Assembly: GCA_009886115.1 (NCBI GenBank)
Contig: VFJJ01000064.1
Location: 1-50,785 of the forward strand
Source of the DNA: Actinomycetota bacterium
GTDB taxonomy: Bacteria; Actinomycetota; Acidimicrobiia; IMCC26256; VFJJ01
Direction of reading: 5' to 3'
Length of the DNA stretch: 50,785 bases
Of the stretch, positions 40,442 through 50,126 are shown piece after piece. The notes beneath the pieces were generated by a model that worked only from the letters and a program-made list of their open reading frames with translations, was not told the origin of the DNA and made no database searches. Each line of letters begins with the position of its first letter. The first letter of the stretch is position 1. A program made the position numbers and the translations under genes.

Positions 40442-41452
40442 GTGCCGACGCTTCCCGCCGATCTCCCGCCCTCGTCGGTGACGATGATCGTGCCCGGGAA
40501 CCACTTGATGCTCGGGCTGCTGGGGCAGGGCGACGAGTTGCTGCGCGTTGTCGAGTCGGCCTTCCCGGTCCGCATCCTGGTGCGGGGCAACGAGATCACC
40601 ATCAGTGGTCACCTGGCCGACACCGAGCAGGTCGGCCATCTCTTCCAGGAGTTCGTCACGTTGCTGGAGCAGGGCCAGACGCTCGACACGGAGGTCGTGC
40701 GCCGCTCGATCGTCATGGTCAGAGACAACGACCGGCCGAGCCAGGTGCTCGGTGAGGCGGTGGTGCGGGGGCGCAAGACCGTCCGCCCCAAGACCGCGGG
40801 CCAGAAGCGCTACGTCGAGGCCATCCGGGCGAACATCGTCACGTTCGGCATCGGGCCGGCGGGCACGGGCAAGACCTACCTGGCGGTCGCGCTCGCCGTC
40901 CAGGCGCTGCAGAACAAGGAATACAACCGGATCGTGCTCACCCGCCCGGCCGTCGAGGCCGGCGAGCGCCTCGGGTTCCTGCCCGGCGACTTGCTGGCCA
41001 AGGTCGACCCGTACCTGCGCCCGCTCTACGACGCCATGTTCGACATGGTGGGGCCCGAGGTCGGGCAGCGCCTCCTCGAGAAAGGGACCATCGAGGTGGC
41101 CCCGCTCGCCTACATGCGGGGGCGCACGCTCAACGACTCGTTCATCATCCTCGACGAGGCCCAGAACACCACGGCCGAGCAGATGAAGATGTTCCTCACC
41201 CGGCTGGGCTTCGGCTCGAAGGTCGTCGTCACCGGCGACACGTCGCAGATCGACCTGGCCGACGGGCGAGGCCGCTCCGGCCTGCTCCACGTGCGCAAGG
41301 TGCTCGGCCCGATCGACGGGGTCGCGTTCGTCGAGCTCGACAGCCGCGACATCGTGCGCCATCGGATCGTGCAGGACATCGTGAACGCGTACGACCGTTT
41401 CGAGCTGGCCAAGAGCCAGGCCGAGGCCGCCGAGCAGGCGCGGCCCCGATGA
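40442..41452 (+). CDS. phoH: PhoH family ATPase (start uncertain)
   Basis: GIGPAGTGKTYLA, LTRPAVEAGERLGFLPG, APLAYMRGRTL, DEAQN, TGDTSQIDL. Confidence 0.95.
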   Translation: MPTLPADLPPSSVTMIVPGNHLMLGLLGQGDELLRVVESAFPVRILVRGNEITISGHLADTEQVGHLFQEFVTLLEQGQTLDTEVVRRSIVMVRDNDRPSQVLGEAVVRGRKTVRPKTAGQKRYVEAIRANIVTFGIGPAGTGKTYLAVALAVQALQNKEYNRIVLTRPAVEAGERLGFLPGDLLAKVDPYLRPLYDAMFDMVGPEVGQRLLEKGTIEVAPLAYMRGRTLNDSFIILDEAQNTTAEQMKMFLTRLGFGSKVVVTGDTSQIDLADGRGRSGLLHVRKVLGPIDGVAFVELDSRDIVRHRIVQDIVNAYDRFELAKSQAEAAEQARPR

Positions 41453-42210
41453 GCGACGGGCGTTCGAGCGGGCCGGCCCGCCCCACGGGGCCGGCAGCCG
41501 CCGGCGGTCCGGTCGGTCCCGCGGGCCCGATGGGGCCCATGGGCCTGATGGCCCCGATCGGCTCGACGATCGACGGCGTCGAGGTGTTCCTGGCCGACGA
41601 GCAGTCCGACGTCGCTGTCGACCCGATGCGCTGGGGCACGCTCGCCCGAGCGGTGCTCGAGGCCGAGCTCTCGCCCACCGTGTTGTCGAATTCCCAGGTT
41701 TCGGTGATGTTCGTCGACGAGCTCACCATCGCCGATCTCAATGCCCGGTTCCTCGACGGTGAGGGCCCCACCGACGTGCTCTCGTTCCCGATCGACGACG
41801 ATCTGGTCGAGCGGGGCCGTCAGCCCGACCAGGGCGGGCGCGGACCGGGTGGGCCGCCGCCATCGCCCGACATCCCGATCCTGCTCGGCGACGTGGTCCT
41901 GTGCCCTTCGGTTGCGCTGCGCCAGGCGCAGGAGCGGGCGGTGAGCCTCGACGAGGAGCTGGCCCTGCTCGTCGTGCACGGCGTGCTCCACCTCCTCAAG
42001 TACGACCATGAGGAGGACGTCGAGCGCGTCCAGATGGAGCAGCGCCAGCAGTGGCACCTCGATCGTTGGCGGGTCTTCGACGGTGCCGAAGCGGCCGACG
42101 GTGCCGAAGCGGCCGATGAGCCCGGAGTGGTCGAAACTGCTGGCGCCGTCGACGGGCCCGAGCCGGCGTCCGTTCACGGCGAGCCCGGGCCCGAACGCGG
42201 GGTCGGCTGA
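41449..42210 (+). CDS. ybeY: rRNA maturation RNase YbeY with low-complexity termini
   Basis: LNARF..GPTDVLSFP, LLGDVVLCP, LVVHGVLHLLKYDH. Confidence 0.93.
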   Translation: MSDGRSSGPARPTGPAAAGGPVGPAGPMGPMGLMAPIGSTIDGVEVFLADEQSDVAVDPMRWGTLARAVLEAELSPTVLSNSQVSVMFVDELTIADLNARFLDGEGPTDVLSFPIDDDLVERGRQPDQGGRGPGGPPPSPDIPILLGDVVLCPSVALRQAQERAVSLDEELALLVVHGVLHLLKYDHEEDVERVQMEQRQQWHLDRWRVFDGAEAADGAEAADEPGVVETAGAVDGPEPASVHGEPGPERGVG

Positions 42211-42213
42211 GCC

Positions 42214-43488
42214 GTGGAGCCTGCCGATCTCCTGGTGATCTCGGCCGTGGCCGTGGCGTTGCTCGCCTCGGCCGTCCTGGCGATGGCAGCAACCGTCTTG
42301 CGCGAGGCCAGCCGCGCCCGGGCCATGGCCATGGAAGCCGAGGGCCGTCGGGGCGCGCGCCGCCTCGTCTCGCTGCTCGAGCACCCCGGTCGCCCCATCG
42401 CGTCGGTGCACCTCCTGTGGTGGGCGACGATCGTCGGGACGGGTGGCCTCGCCGCCGCCTTCGGTGAGCGTCACGGAGGCGGTTGGGTGGCGGTCATCGC
42501 CGTGGCGATCGCCGTCGTGGCCCAGTACGTGCTCGGCGCGGTTGTGCCGGCCACGCTGGCCGAGCGCTCCCTCGAGGTCGTCGCGCTGCGCCTGGCGCCG
42601 ATCGTCCACGGCGTGGTGCGGTTCCTGCCCGTGCGGATCGTCAGCCGGATGCTGTCGCTCACGGCTGCCGCCGTCCTGGGCCGGCGGGGGCTCTCGGGCG
42701 GGGCATTCGACCAGGGCGACACGCCCGACACCGACCGTGACGAGATCGGCGATCACACCGCAGAGGTCGCCGAGGAACGGTTGCTGCACTCGGTCACCGA
42801 GTTCGGCGACACCGTTGTGCACGAGGCCATGGTTCCCCGCACCGACATGGACGCGCTCCCCGTCGATCGCACCGTGAGCGAGGCCCTCGATCTCGTGATC
42901 GACGCGGGGTATTCCCGGATGCCGTGCTTCGAGGGGACCCTCGACCGGATCGTGGGCATCGTGCACCTGAAGGATCTCGTGGTGGCTGCGCGCGATGCAC
43001 GCGGCGACGATCCCGTCCTCACCGTGGCGCGCCCGGCGTTCTTCGTGCCCGAGACCAAGCGCGTCGCCGAGCTGCTCGGCGAGATGCGCACCCGCAAGCA
43101 GCACATGGCCGTCGCCGTCGACGAGCACGGTGGCATTGCCGGGCTCATCACCCTCGAGGACGTGCTCGAGGAGCTCGTGGGCGAGATCGCCGACGAGTAC
43201 GACGACCACGAGACCTTCGTCGAGGTGATCGCCGACGGACGCTGGTCGATCGCCGGCCGGACCACCATCGACGAGGTCAACGACGCCCTGGGCCTCGACC
43301 TCCCCGACGACGAGTGGGACACCATCGGCGGATTCGTGCTGCACCTGGCCGGGGAGGTCCCCCGCGTAGGCGACGCCGAGGTCTACGAGAAGCTGCGCTT
43401 CCAGGTCGACCGCATGCAGGGCCGACGGATCGAGCGCATCATCCTCACCCGGCTCGAACCGGCGATCGAGACCGCCGACCGTGGCTGA
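42214..43488 (+). CDS. CNNM/CorC (hemolysin-family) membrane protein with CBS pair
   Basis: N-terminal TMs, AMVPRTDM, GYSRMP, FFVPETK, VDEHGGIAGLITLEDVLEELVGEI, DTIGGFV. Confidence 0.9.
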   Translation: MEPADLLVISAVAVALLASAVLAMAATVLREASRARAMAMEAEGRRGARRLVSLLEHPGRPIASVHLLWWATIVGTGGLAAAFGERHGGGWVAVIAVAIAVVAQYVLGAVVPATLAERSLEVVALRLAPIVHGVVRFLPVRIVSRMLSLTAAAVLGRRGLSGGAFDQGDTPDTDRDEIGDHTAEVAEERLLHSVTEFGDTVVHEAMVPRTDMDALPVDRTVSEALDLVIDAGYSRMPCFEGTLDRIVGIVHLKDLVVAARDARGDDPVLTVARPAFFVPETKRVAELLGEMRTRKQHMAVAVDEHGGIAGLITLEDVLEELVGEIADEYDDHETFVEVIADGRWSIAGRTTIDEVNDALGLDLPDDEWDTIGGFVLHLAGEVPRVGDAEVYEKLRFQVDRMQGRRIERIILTRLEPAIETADRG

Positions 43489-44413
43489 GGTGGGGGCGGT
43501 TCCCGTGGGCATCCAGGGCGACGGGTCGGGCTTCCGCTCGGGGTTCGTGGCGCTCGTCGGCCGGCCCAACGTGGGCAAGTCGAGCCTGGTGAACCGGATC
43601 GTCGGCTCGAAGGTGGCGATCGTCTCCGACCGGCCGCAGACCACCCGCAACCAGATCCGCGGCGTGCTGACCACGGCTGACGCGCAGGTGGTGTTCCTCG
43701 ACACCCCGGGGATCCACAAGCCCCGCACCACCTTGGGCGAGCGCACCAACCGCACCTCGTACGACGCCCTGGACCAGGTCGACCTGGTGTGCCTGCTCGT
43801 CGAGGGCAACGCCCCGATCGGCACGGGCGACGAGTTCATCGCCGGAGCGCTCTCGGCGGTGGCGCCCGAGCGTCGCCTGCTGGTCGTCAACAAGTGCGAC
43901 GGCCTCAAGCCCGAGGTCGTCCTGGGCTGCCTCTCGGCCGCGGCCGACAAGCTGGGCGACTTCGCGGCGTTCGTTCCGATCTCGGCGCGCACCGGCGCCG
44001 GGGTCGACACGCTCGTGTCCGAGCTCGTCCGTCGGCTCGAGCCCGGACCCCAGTACTACCCCGACGGCATGATCACCGACCAGCCCGAGGCCTTCCTCGC
44101 CGCCGAGATCGTGCGCGAGAAGCTTCTGGCGGTCACCCACGACGAGGTGCCGCATTCGATCGTCGTGAGTGTCGACGACATCGAGGAGCACGACGACGGT
44201 TCGCTCGGCATGCGGGTCGTCATCCGGGTCGAGCGCCAGTCGCAGAAGGGGATCGTGATCGGCAAGGGGGGAGCGGTGCTCAAGCAGGTGGGCATCAGCG
44301 CCCGTCAGGAGCTCTCGGGCCTGCTCGGGGTCGAGGTGCACCTCGACACGGTGGTGAAGGTCGAGAAGAACTGGCAACGCCGCCCGCTGGTCCTCGATCG
44401 GCTGGGGTTGTGA
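43481..44413 (+). CDS. era: GTPase Era
   Basis: GRPNVGKSSL, PQTTR, DTPG, NKCD, KH domain VERQSQKGIVIGKGG. Confidence 0.97.
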   Translation: MAEVGAVPVGIQGDGSGFRSGFVALVGRPNVGKSSLVNRIVGSKVAIVSDRPQTTRNQIRGVLTTADAQVVFLDTPGIHKPRTTLGERTNRTSYDALDQVDLVCLLVEGNAPIGTGDEFIAGALSAVAPERRLLVVNKCDGLKPEVVLGCLSAAADKLGDFAAFVPISARTGAGVDTLVSELVRRLEPGPQYYPDGMITDQPEAFLAAEIVREKLLAVTHDEVPHSIVVSVDDIEEHDDGSLGMRVVIRVERQSQKGIVIGKGGAVLKQVGISARQELSGLLGVEVHLDTVVKVEKNWQRRPLVLDRLGL

Positions 44414-44511
44414 GCGTCGGTTCTCGAGAGTTCGACAGATCGACAGAGTTGCTCGGAAGCCGGGGATCACCGGTAGCATGCGGCCGCTTCGGCAGTGCGT
44501 TCTATGCCGGC

Positions 44512-44529
44512 TTGTGAACGGATGCACGA
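44512..44529. promoter_or_regulatory. Rex-like (or CRP/FNR-like) operator upstream of the oxidase operon
   Basis: TTGTGAA-CGGA-TGCACGA versus Rex consensus TTGTGAA-N4-TTCACAA (2 mismatches), downstream of a TAGCAT -10-like hexamer at 44474. Confidence 0.55.
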
Positions 44530-44659
44530 GCAATACCACGGGAGCGTTTCGTCCGGGATTAGCGTGGGCGAACGCTGAATCCGTGGGGTTCGAGGTTCCC
44601 AGGGAGCTCAAGGCGTGTCGGGCCGGCCCGGCCGATCCGACCGACGAACGAGGGGGCAG

Positions 44660-45844
44660 GTGAGAACAGCTCGCGAAGAGCGCCGGAGCGCATCGAAGCC
44701 CGGTGCCCGACTCCGTTCGAGCGTTCCGTCGGGACCGGTATCGGTGTCGGGACCGGCATCCGCATCGGCAGCCGCACCGGGTTCGTCAGCGCGGCGGCAC
44801 CGGCGCTGGTCGATCCCCACCGTCGGTGCGCTGCTCGTGCTCCTCGCTGGCTGCAGCTCGAACGACAACGGTCAGAACACGCTGAAGCCCAAGGGCAAGT
44901 ACGCCGAGACGGCCGACAACATCTGGGAGCTGGCCTTCTGGATCGCCGCCGTCATCGGCGTGCTCGTGTTCCTGGTGCTCATCGTGGCGATGATCAAGTT
45001 CCGGCACCGGCCCGGCAACGAGAACCCCAAGCAGGTCCACGGCAACACCGCCATGGAGATCGGCTGGACCATCGCTCCGGCCATCCTGCTGGCGATCCTG
45101 GCCGTCCCCTCGGTGAAATCCATCTTCGAGCTGGCCGACGACCCGGCCTCGAACGCCGTGCACGTCAAGGTGGTCGGGCACCAGTACTGGTGGGAGTACC
45201 AGTACCTCGACTCCGAACCCACCGACGACCACACGCCCGAGGTGCTCTTCGCCACGGCCAACGAGCTCGTGATCCCCACCGAGCGCGACGTGGCGCTCTA
45301 CGTCACCTCGATCGACGTCATCCACTCGTTCTGGATCCCGTCGCTCGCCGGCAAGCAGGACGCCGTTCCCGGCCGCGAGGTCCGGATGCTCATGGCGGCC
45401 GACGAGCCCGGTCGCTACCTCGGCCAGTGCGCCGAGCTGTGCGGCCTCTCTCACGCGAACATGCGCGCCGTCGCCATCGCCTACGACGAGGCCGGGTACC
45501 AGGCCTGGGTCGAGGCCCAGATGGCCCCGCCGGTGGCGCCCACCGGTCTGGCCCTCGAGGGCGAGGCGGTCTTCGCCGAGCTCGGCTGCGCCGGCTGTCA
45601 CGCCGCGGCGGGATTCGACGGCGAGCGCCTCGGTCCCAACCTCACCCACGTGGCCAGCCGCGACCTCTACGCCGGAGCCATCTTCGACTTCGCCTGGGGC
45701 ACGCCCGAGGGCGCCGCCCAGCTCCAAGCCTGGATCGCCAACGCACCCGGCGAGAAGCCCGGCGCCACCATGCGCGACTACGCGGGCACGCTCACCGGCC
45801 AGCAACTCGACGCCCTCGTCGCCTACCTGGAGTCGCGCACGTGA
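44660..45844 (+). CDS. ctaC: Cytochrome c oxidase subunit II with fused C-terminal cytochrome c (caa3 type); start uncertain
   Basis: Lipobox LAGC, two TMs, GHQYWWEY, DVIHSFW, CuA motif CAELCGLSHANM, heme c motif CAGCH, distal Met in KPGATM. Confidence 0.95.
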   Translation: MRTAREERRSASKPGARLRSSVPSGPVSVSGPASASAAAPGSSARRHRRWSIPTVGALLVLLAGCSSNDNGQNTLKPKGKYAETADNIWELAFWIAAVIGVLVFLVLIVAMIKFRHRPGNENPKQVHGNTAMEIGWTIAPAILLAILAVPSVKSIFELADDPASNAVHVKVVGHQYWWEYQYLDSEPTDDHTPEVLFATANELVIPTERDVALYVTSIDVIHSFWIPSLAGKQDAVPGREVRMLMAADEPGRYLGQCAELCGLSHANMRAVAIAYDEAGYQAWVEAQMAPPVAPTGLALEGEAVFAELGCAGCHAAAGFDGERLGPNLTHVASRDLYAGAIFDFAWGTPEGAAQLQAWIANAPGEKPGATMRDYAGTLTGQQLDALVAYLESRT

Positions 45845-45956
45845 TCCGCCGGTCCCCACTCTCTCCGAGTCTCCCCATGAACCAGCAGCACCAGCACCGG
45901 CTGCACGGGACGACGATCGAGTCCGAGACCACGACCGAGAACGAGGGAGTGCGCTG

Positions 45957-47966
45957 ATGGCAGCCACGAGTGTCGCGTCCCCGTCGCGCACCAGCTTGCG
46001 CCGGCCCAAGGCCACCACCGGGGCGCTGTCGTGGTTCACCACGGTCGACCACAAGAAGCTCGGCATCCTCTACATCGTCACCGCCGCGGTGTTCATGGGC
46101 ATCGGCGGCCTCGAGGCGATCCTCATCCGCCTCCAGCTGGCCACCCCCGACGGCACCATCCTCACGGCCAGCCAGTACAACCAGGCGTTCACGATGCACG
46201 GCACGACCATGGTCTTCCTCGTGGTCATGCCCCTGGCGGCCGGCTTCGGCAACTACCTCATGCCGTTGCAGATCGGCGCCCGCGACGTCGCCTTCCCCCG
46301 GGTCAACGCCCTCGGGTACTGGGCCTTCCTCACCGGAGGCCTCTTCCTCTACAGCAGCATCTTCCTCGGGGGCATGGCATCGGGCGGCTGGTTCGGCTAC
46401 GCCCCGCTCTCGACGGGCGACAACCTGGTCGGGAGCGCTCTGGCCGGCACCCCGTTCGTGGGGAGCGGTCAGACCTTCTGGGCCCTGGGACTGATCTTCA
46501 CCGGCCTCGGGTCGCTCGTCGGAGCCATCAACTTCATCGTGACCATCGTGAACATGCGGGCCCCGGGGATGCGGCTCATGCGCATGCCGGTGTTCACCTG
46601 GATGATCACCGTCATTTCGTTCCTGCTGCTGTTCGCCATGCCGGTGATCACCGTGGCGCTGATCCAGATGTTCGTCGACCGCCAGTACGGGACGAGCTTC
46701 TTCACCACGGCCAACGGCGGTGATCCGCTGCTGTGGCAGCACCTGTTCTGGATCTTCGGCCATCCCGAGGTGTACATCCTGATCCTCCCCGGGATGGGCA
46801 TCGTCTCCGAGATCCTCCCCACCGCCGCCCGCAAGCCGCTCTTCGGCTACTCGTTCGTGGTGTTCGCGGGCGTGGCGATCGGCTTCATGGGCTGGGGGGT
46901 CTGGGCGCACCACATGTTCGCCACCGGCCTCGGACCGGTCGCGGTCACGGCGTTCTCGCTGTCGACGATGTTCATCGCCGTGCCGACGGGCGTGAAGATC
47001 TTCAACTGGATCGCCACCCTGTGGGGTGGCGCGATCAAGTTCACGGTCCCGATGATGTTCTCGATCGCCTTCATCGGCCTGTTCGTCGTCGGGGGCCTCT
47101 CGGGTGTCACCCACGCCTTCGCGGCCAGCGACCGACAACAAACCGACACCTATTACATCGTCGCCCACTTCCACTACGTGCTCTTCGGTGGCGGCATGAT
47201 GGCGTTCATCGGCGGGGCGTACTTCTACTTCCCGAAGATGTTCGGCCGCATGCTCAACGAGCGTGTCGGCAAGCTCAACTTCTGGCTGATGTTCATCGGC
47301 ACGAACCTCACGTTCGGCCCCATGCACATCCTCGGCCTCGAAGGTCAGCCCCGCCGCACCTACACCTATCCCGAGGGTTACAACTGGGAGCACTGGAACC
47401 TGGTGGCCACCATCGGGTCGCTGATCCTGGCCCTGTCGTTCGTGGTGTTCCTGGGCAACTGGATCTGGGCCATCGGCATGAAGAAGGGCGAGATCGCCGG
47501 CGACGACCCCTGGGACGGTCGCACGCTCGAATGGTCGATCTCCTCGCCGCCGCCCGAGTACAACTTCGCCGTCGTGCCCCAGGTCGAGAACCGTGACGAC
47601 TTCTGGCATCGGAAGTACACCGAGGACGAGAACGGCTTCCTGGTACGGCGCATCTCGGGTGGATCCGACGGGGGTGCCACGACGCCCACGACGACCCTCG
47701 AGAAGTCCCACGAGGCCGGCGACGGGGGCGACGGTCCCCACGATGGCGACGACCACGGCGGCCACGGCGACGGCGACGGTGACGGCGGCCACGGCGACGG
47801 GCACGGCATCCACCTGCCCAACCCGTCGTACCATCCGTTCGTGCTGGCGCTGGGCCTGCCCTTCATCGGCTGGGGCCTCATCAACCACTGGGGATGGCTG
47901 ATCCCCGGGGCGATCTTCGTGTTCTGGGGCGTGGTGGGCTGGATGCTCGAGCCCGCCAGCGAATGA
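45957..47966 (+). CDS. ctaD: Cytochrome c oxidase subunit I with His/Gly/Asp-rich linker and two extra C-terminal TMs
   Basis: TVDHKKLG, TMHGT, GGDPLLWQHLFWIFGHPEVY, VWAHHMF, VAHFHYV, PRR. Confidence 0.97.
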   Translation: MAATSVASPSRTSLRRPKATTGALSWFTTVDHKKLGILYIVTAAVFMGIGGLEAILIRLQLATPDGTILTASQYNQAFTMHGTTMVFLVVMPLAAGFGNYLMPLQIGARDVAFPRVNALGYWAFLTGGLFLYSSIFLGGMASGGWFGYAPLSTGDNLVGSALAGTPFVGSGQTFWALGLIFTGLGSLVGAINFIVTIVNMRAPGMRLMRMPVFTWMITVISFLLLFAMPVITVALIQMFVDRQYGTSFFTTANGGDPLLWQHLFWIFGHPEVYILILPGMGIVSEILPTAARKPLFGYSFVVFAGVAIGFMGWGVWAHHMFATGLGPVAVTAFSLSTMFIAVPTGVKIFNWIATLWGGAIKFTVPMMFSIAFIGLFVVGGLSGVTHAFAASDRQQTDTYYIVAHFHYVLFGGGMMAFIGGAYFYFPKMFGRMLNERVGKLNFWLMFIGTNLTFGPMHILGLEGQPRRTYTYPEGYNWEHWNLVATIGSLILALSFVVFLGNWIWAIGMKKGEIAGDDPWDGRTLEWSISSPPPEYNFAVVPQVENRDDFWHRKYTEDENGFLVRRISGGSDGGATTPTTTLEKSHEAGDGGDGPHDGDDHGGHGDGDGDGGHGDGHGIHLPNPSYHPFVLALGLPFIGWGLINHWGWLIPGAIFVFWGVVGWMLEPASE

Positions 47967-48595
47967 AGGGTTCCGACGTGTCGGCAGTGAGCACACACAA
48001 CGACGAGCACGCCTCGAGCACGGGCTACTCGAACAACAAGGTCGCCATGTGGGCGTTCCTGGGTTCTGAGTGCCTGTTCTTCGGCGCGTTCATCTCGTCA
48101 TATCTGCTCTACAAGAACCGGACCGGACCGGCGGCGACAGGGCCCTATCCGAAGGATCTCTTCGACATCCCGTTCACATCGGTGACCTCGTTCATCCTGC
48201 TCGTGAGCTCGCTGTCGATGGTGCTGGCGCTGTCGGCCATCCAGAAGAACGACCCCCGCCGCATGCGGGTCTGGCTGGTCTGCACGGCGGCGCTCGGCAT
48301 GCTGTTCGTGGCCTGCCAGGTCTTCGAGTTCACCGAGTTCCTTCGTGAGGGCATGAGCCCGTCCTCGAGCGTTGCCGCGACGGCCTTCTACATCCTCACC
48401 GGCTTCCACGGGGCCCACGTCACCATCGGTGTGCTGATGCTGCTGGGCCAGGCCGGGGCCTCCCTCGTCGACGAGCGCCGCGGGGCGCCGTGGACGTCGC
48501 AACGGGCCGAGGGGGTCGAGATCTTCGGCCTGTACTGGCACTTCGTCGACATCGTGTGGATCATCATCTTCACCGTCATCTATCTCATCAAGTAG
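47963..48595 (+). CDS. ctaE: Cytochrome c oxidase subunit III (start 47963 or 47978)
   Basis: MWAFLGSECLFFG, TGFHGAHV, GLYWHFVDIVW. Confidence 0.93.
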   Translation: MKGSDVSAVSTHNDEHASSTGYSNNKVAMWAFLGSECLFFGAFISSYLLYKNRTGPAATGPYPKDLFDIPFTSVTSFILLVSSLSMVLALSAIQKNDPRRMRVWLVCTAALGMLFVACQVFEFTEFLREGMSPSSSVAATAFYILTGFHGAHVTIGVLMLLGQAGASLVDERRGAPWTSQRAEGVEIFGLYWHFVDIVWIIIFTVIYLIK

Positions 48596-48711
48596 CCGAT
48601 AGCTCATCACAGAGCCGAGAGCGCATCGACGAACCGGTACGGCGCCCGAGCCGGGATCCGTACCGGCCGGTGAGCGTGACGGAGCAGCGCAACCAGCGGG
48701 GAAGGGGCGCA

Positions 48712-49188
48712 GTGACCCAGACGGTCGAACACAGCGAAGTGGGCGAGCGGCCGGAGCGGCTGGCCCTTGGCGCGGGCGACGATCACGCGTCCGAGCACGA
48801 CCCGGCGCACGCGCACCCGGGTCCCGGCAAGTACGTCGTCGTCGGCGTGGTGTTGGCCGTCTTCACCGGGATCGAGATCTGGCTCTCGTATGCCGACATG
48901 AACGAGCGCCTGCGCACGGCCTCGTTGCTGTTCTTCATGGTCGTGAAGTTCGTGCTGGTCGTCATGTACTTCATGCACCTGCGCTTCGACAACCCGATCT
49001 TCCGACGGTTCTTCATCCTGGGGATCCTGCTGGCCCTGTTCGTGTACACGATCCTCCTGCGGGCCGAGCACGCCGACCTGGGCGACAGCGTGAGGTCGGA
49101 GACGAGCGGCGAAGAGACGCCCGCCGGTGAGGGCGACGGCGGCTCGGGAGCCACGGCCGAGACCCCGGCGACCTCCGCGGGCGGCTGA
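48712..49188 (+). CDS. Cytochrome c oxidase subunit IV family protein
   Basis: YVVVGVVLAVFTGIE, KFVLVVMYFMHLRFD; three TMs. Confidence 0.85.
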   Translation: MTQTVEHSEVGERPERLALGAGDDHASEHDPAHAHPGPGKYVVVGVVLAVFTGIEIWLSYADMNERLRTASLLFFMVVKFVLVVMYFMHLRFDNPIFRRFFILGILLALFVYTILLRAEHADLGDSVRSETSGEETPAGEGDGGSGATAETPATSAGG

Positions 49189-49205
49189 GGAGTTCCGCCT
49201 CCATC

Positions 49206-50126
49206 ATGGGAAGCCTTCTCGCCACGCTGGCCGGTGCCCCGGCGCCGTACACCGAGTTCCACCTGCACCCCGACATCGTGGTGTTGGTGGTCGCGCTCGG
49301 AGGCACGTACCTGTGGGCAGTGCGGCGCTTCGGCCCCCGCCACGCACCCCGCCCCGATCAGCCGGTGTCGACGTTCCAGGCCACCTGCTTCGCCACCGGG
49401 CTCATCTCGATGTGGCTGGTCACGTCGTGGCCGCTGCACGACCTGGCCGAGAACTACCTCTTCAGCGCACACATGAGCCAGCACCTCGTGCTCATGTTCA
49501 TCACGCCGCCGTTGCTGTTGATCGGCACGCCCGGATGGCTGGTGCGGGCTGCCCTCGGCCACGGCGCGATGTTCCGCATCGTGCGCTGGGTCACACGCGC
49601 GCTGCCGGCGTTCGTGATCGGCACCGGGATGCTGGTGCTCGTGCACGCACCGCCGTTCATCGAGATCCAGGTCAGGTGGATGCTCGTGCACGGCCTCGTC
49701 CACCAGCTGATGCTCGTGGCCGGGATCATCACGTGGATGCCCGTCCTCAGCCCGCTTCCCGAGCTGCCCCGCCTGTCGCGACCCACCCAGCTCATGTACC
49801 TGTTCCTGCAATCGGTGCTGCCGACGGTTCCCGGGGCGTTCATCACCTTCGCCGAGATCCCCCTGTTCGACCACTACAAGACCACGCCGTCGCTGTGGGG
49901 CTGGAGTGCGCTCGACGATCAACAGATCGCCGGTCTGCTCATGAAGGTGGGCCTGGGGCTGTCGCTGTGGGTCATCATCACCGCGTTGTTCTGCGCCTGG
50001 CAGGGCGACGAGGAACGCCGTGAGCACCGGGCCCGCGATGGCCACCTGCCCGACGAATGGGACGCAATCGAGCGGGCGTTCCTCGGTACGACCCCGACCA
50101 CCCGAGAGGAACTGGCCACACGATGA
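49206..50126 (+). CDS. ctaG: caa3-type cytochrome c oxidase assembly factor (CtaG family)
   Basis: WPLHDLAENYLFSAHMSQH, PPLLLIG, DQQIAGLLMK. Confidence 0.88.
   Translation: MGSLLATLAGAPAPYTEFHLHPDIVVLVVALGGTYLWAVRRFGPRHAPRPDQPVSTFQATCFATGLISMWLVTSWPLHDLAENYLFSAHMSQHLVLMFITPPLLLIGTPGWLVRAALGHGAMFRIVRWVTRALPAFVIGTGMLVLVHAPPFIEIQVRWMLVHGLVHQLMLVAGIITWMPVLSPLPELPRLSRPTQLMYLFLQSVLPTVPGAFITFAEIPLFDHYKTTPSLWGWSALDDQQIAGLLMKVGLGLSLWVIITALFCAWQGDEERREHRARDGHLPDEWDAIERAFLGTTPTTREELATR

Noticed and set aside
48575..48602. GCCGATAG after ctaE as a sigma-28 promoter
   Set aside because: No convincing -35 at the right spacing, and the context is inside a respiratory operon.
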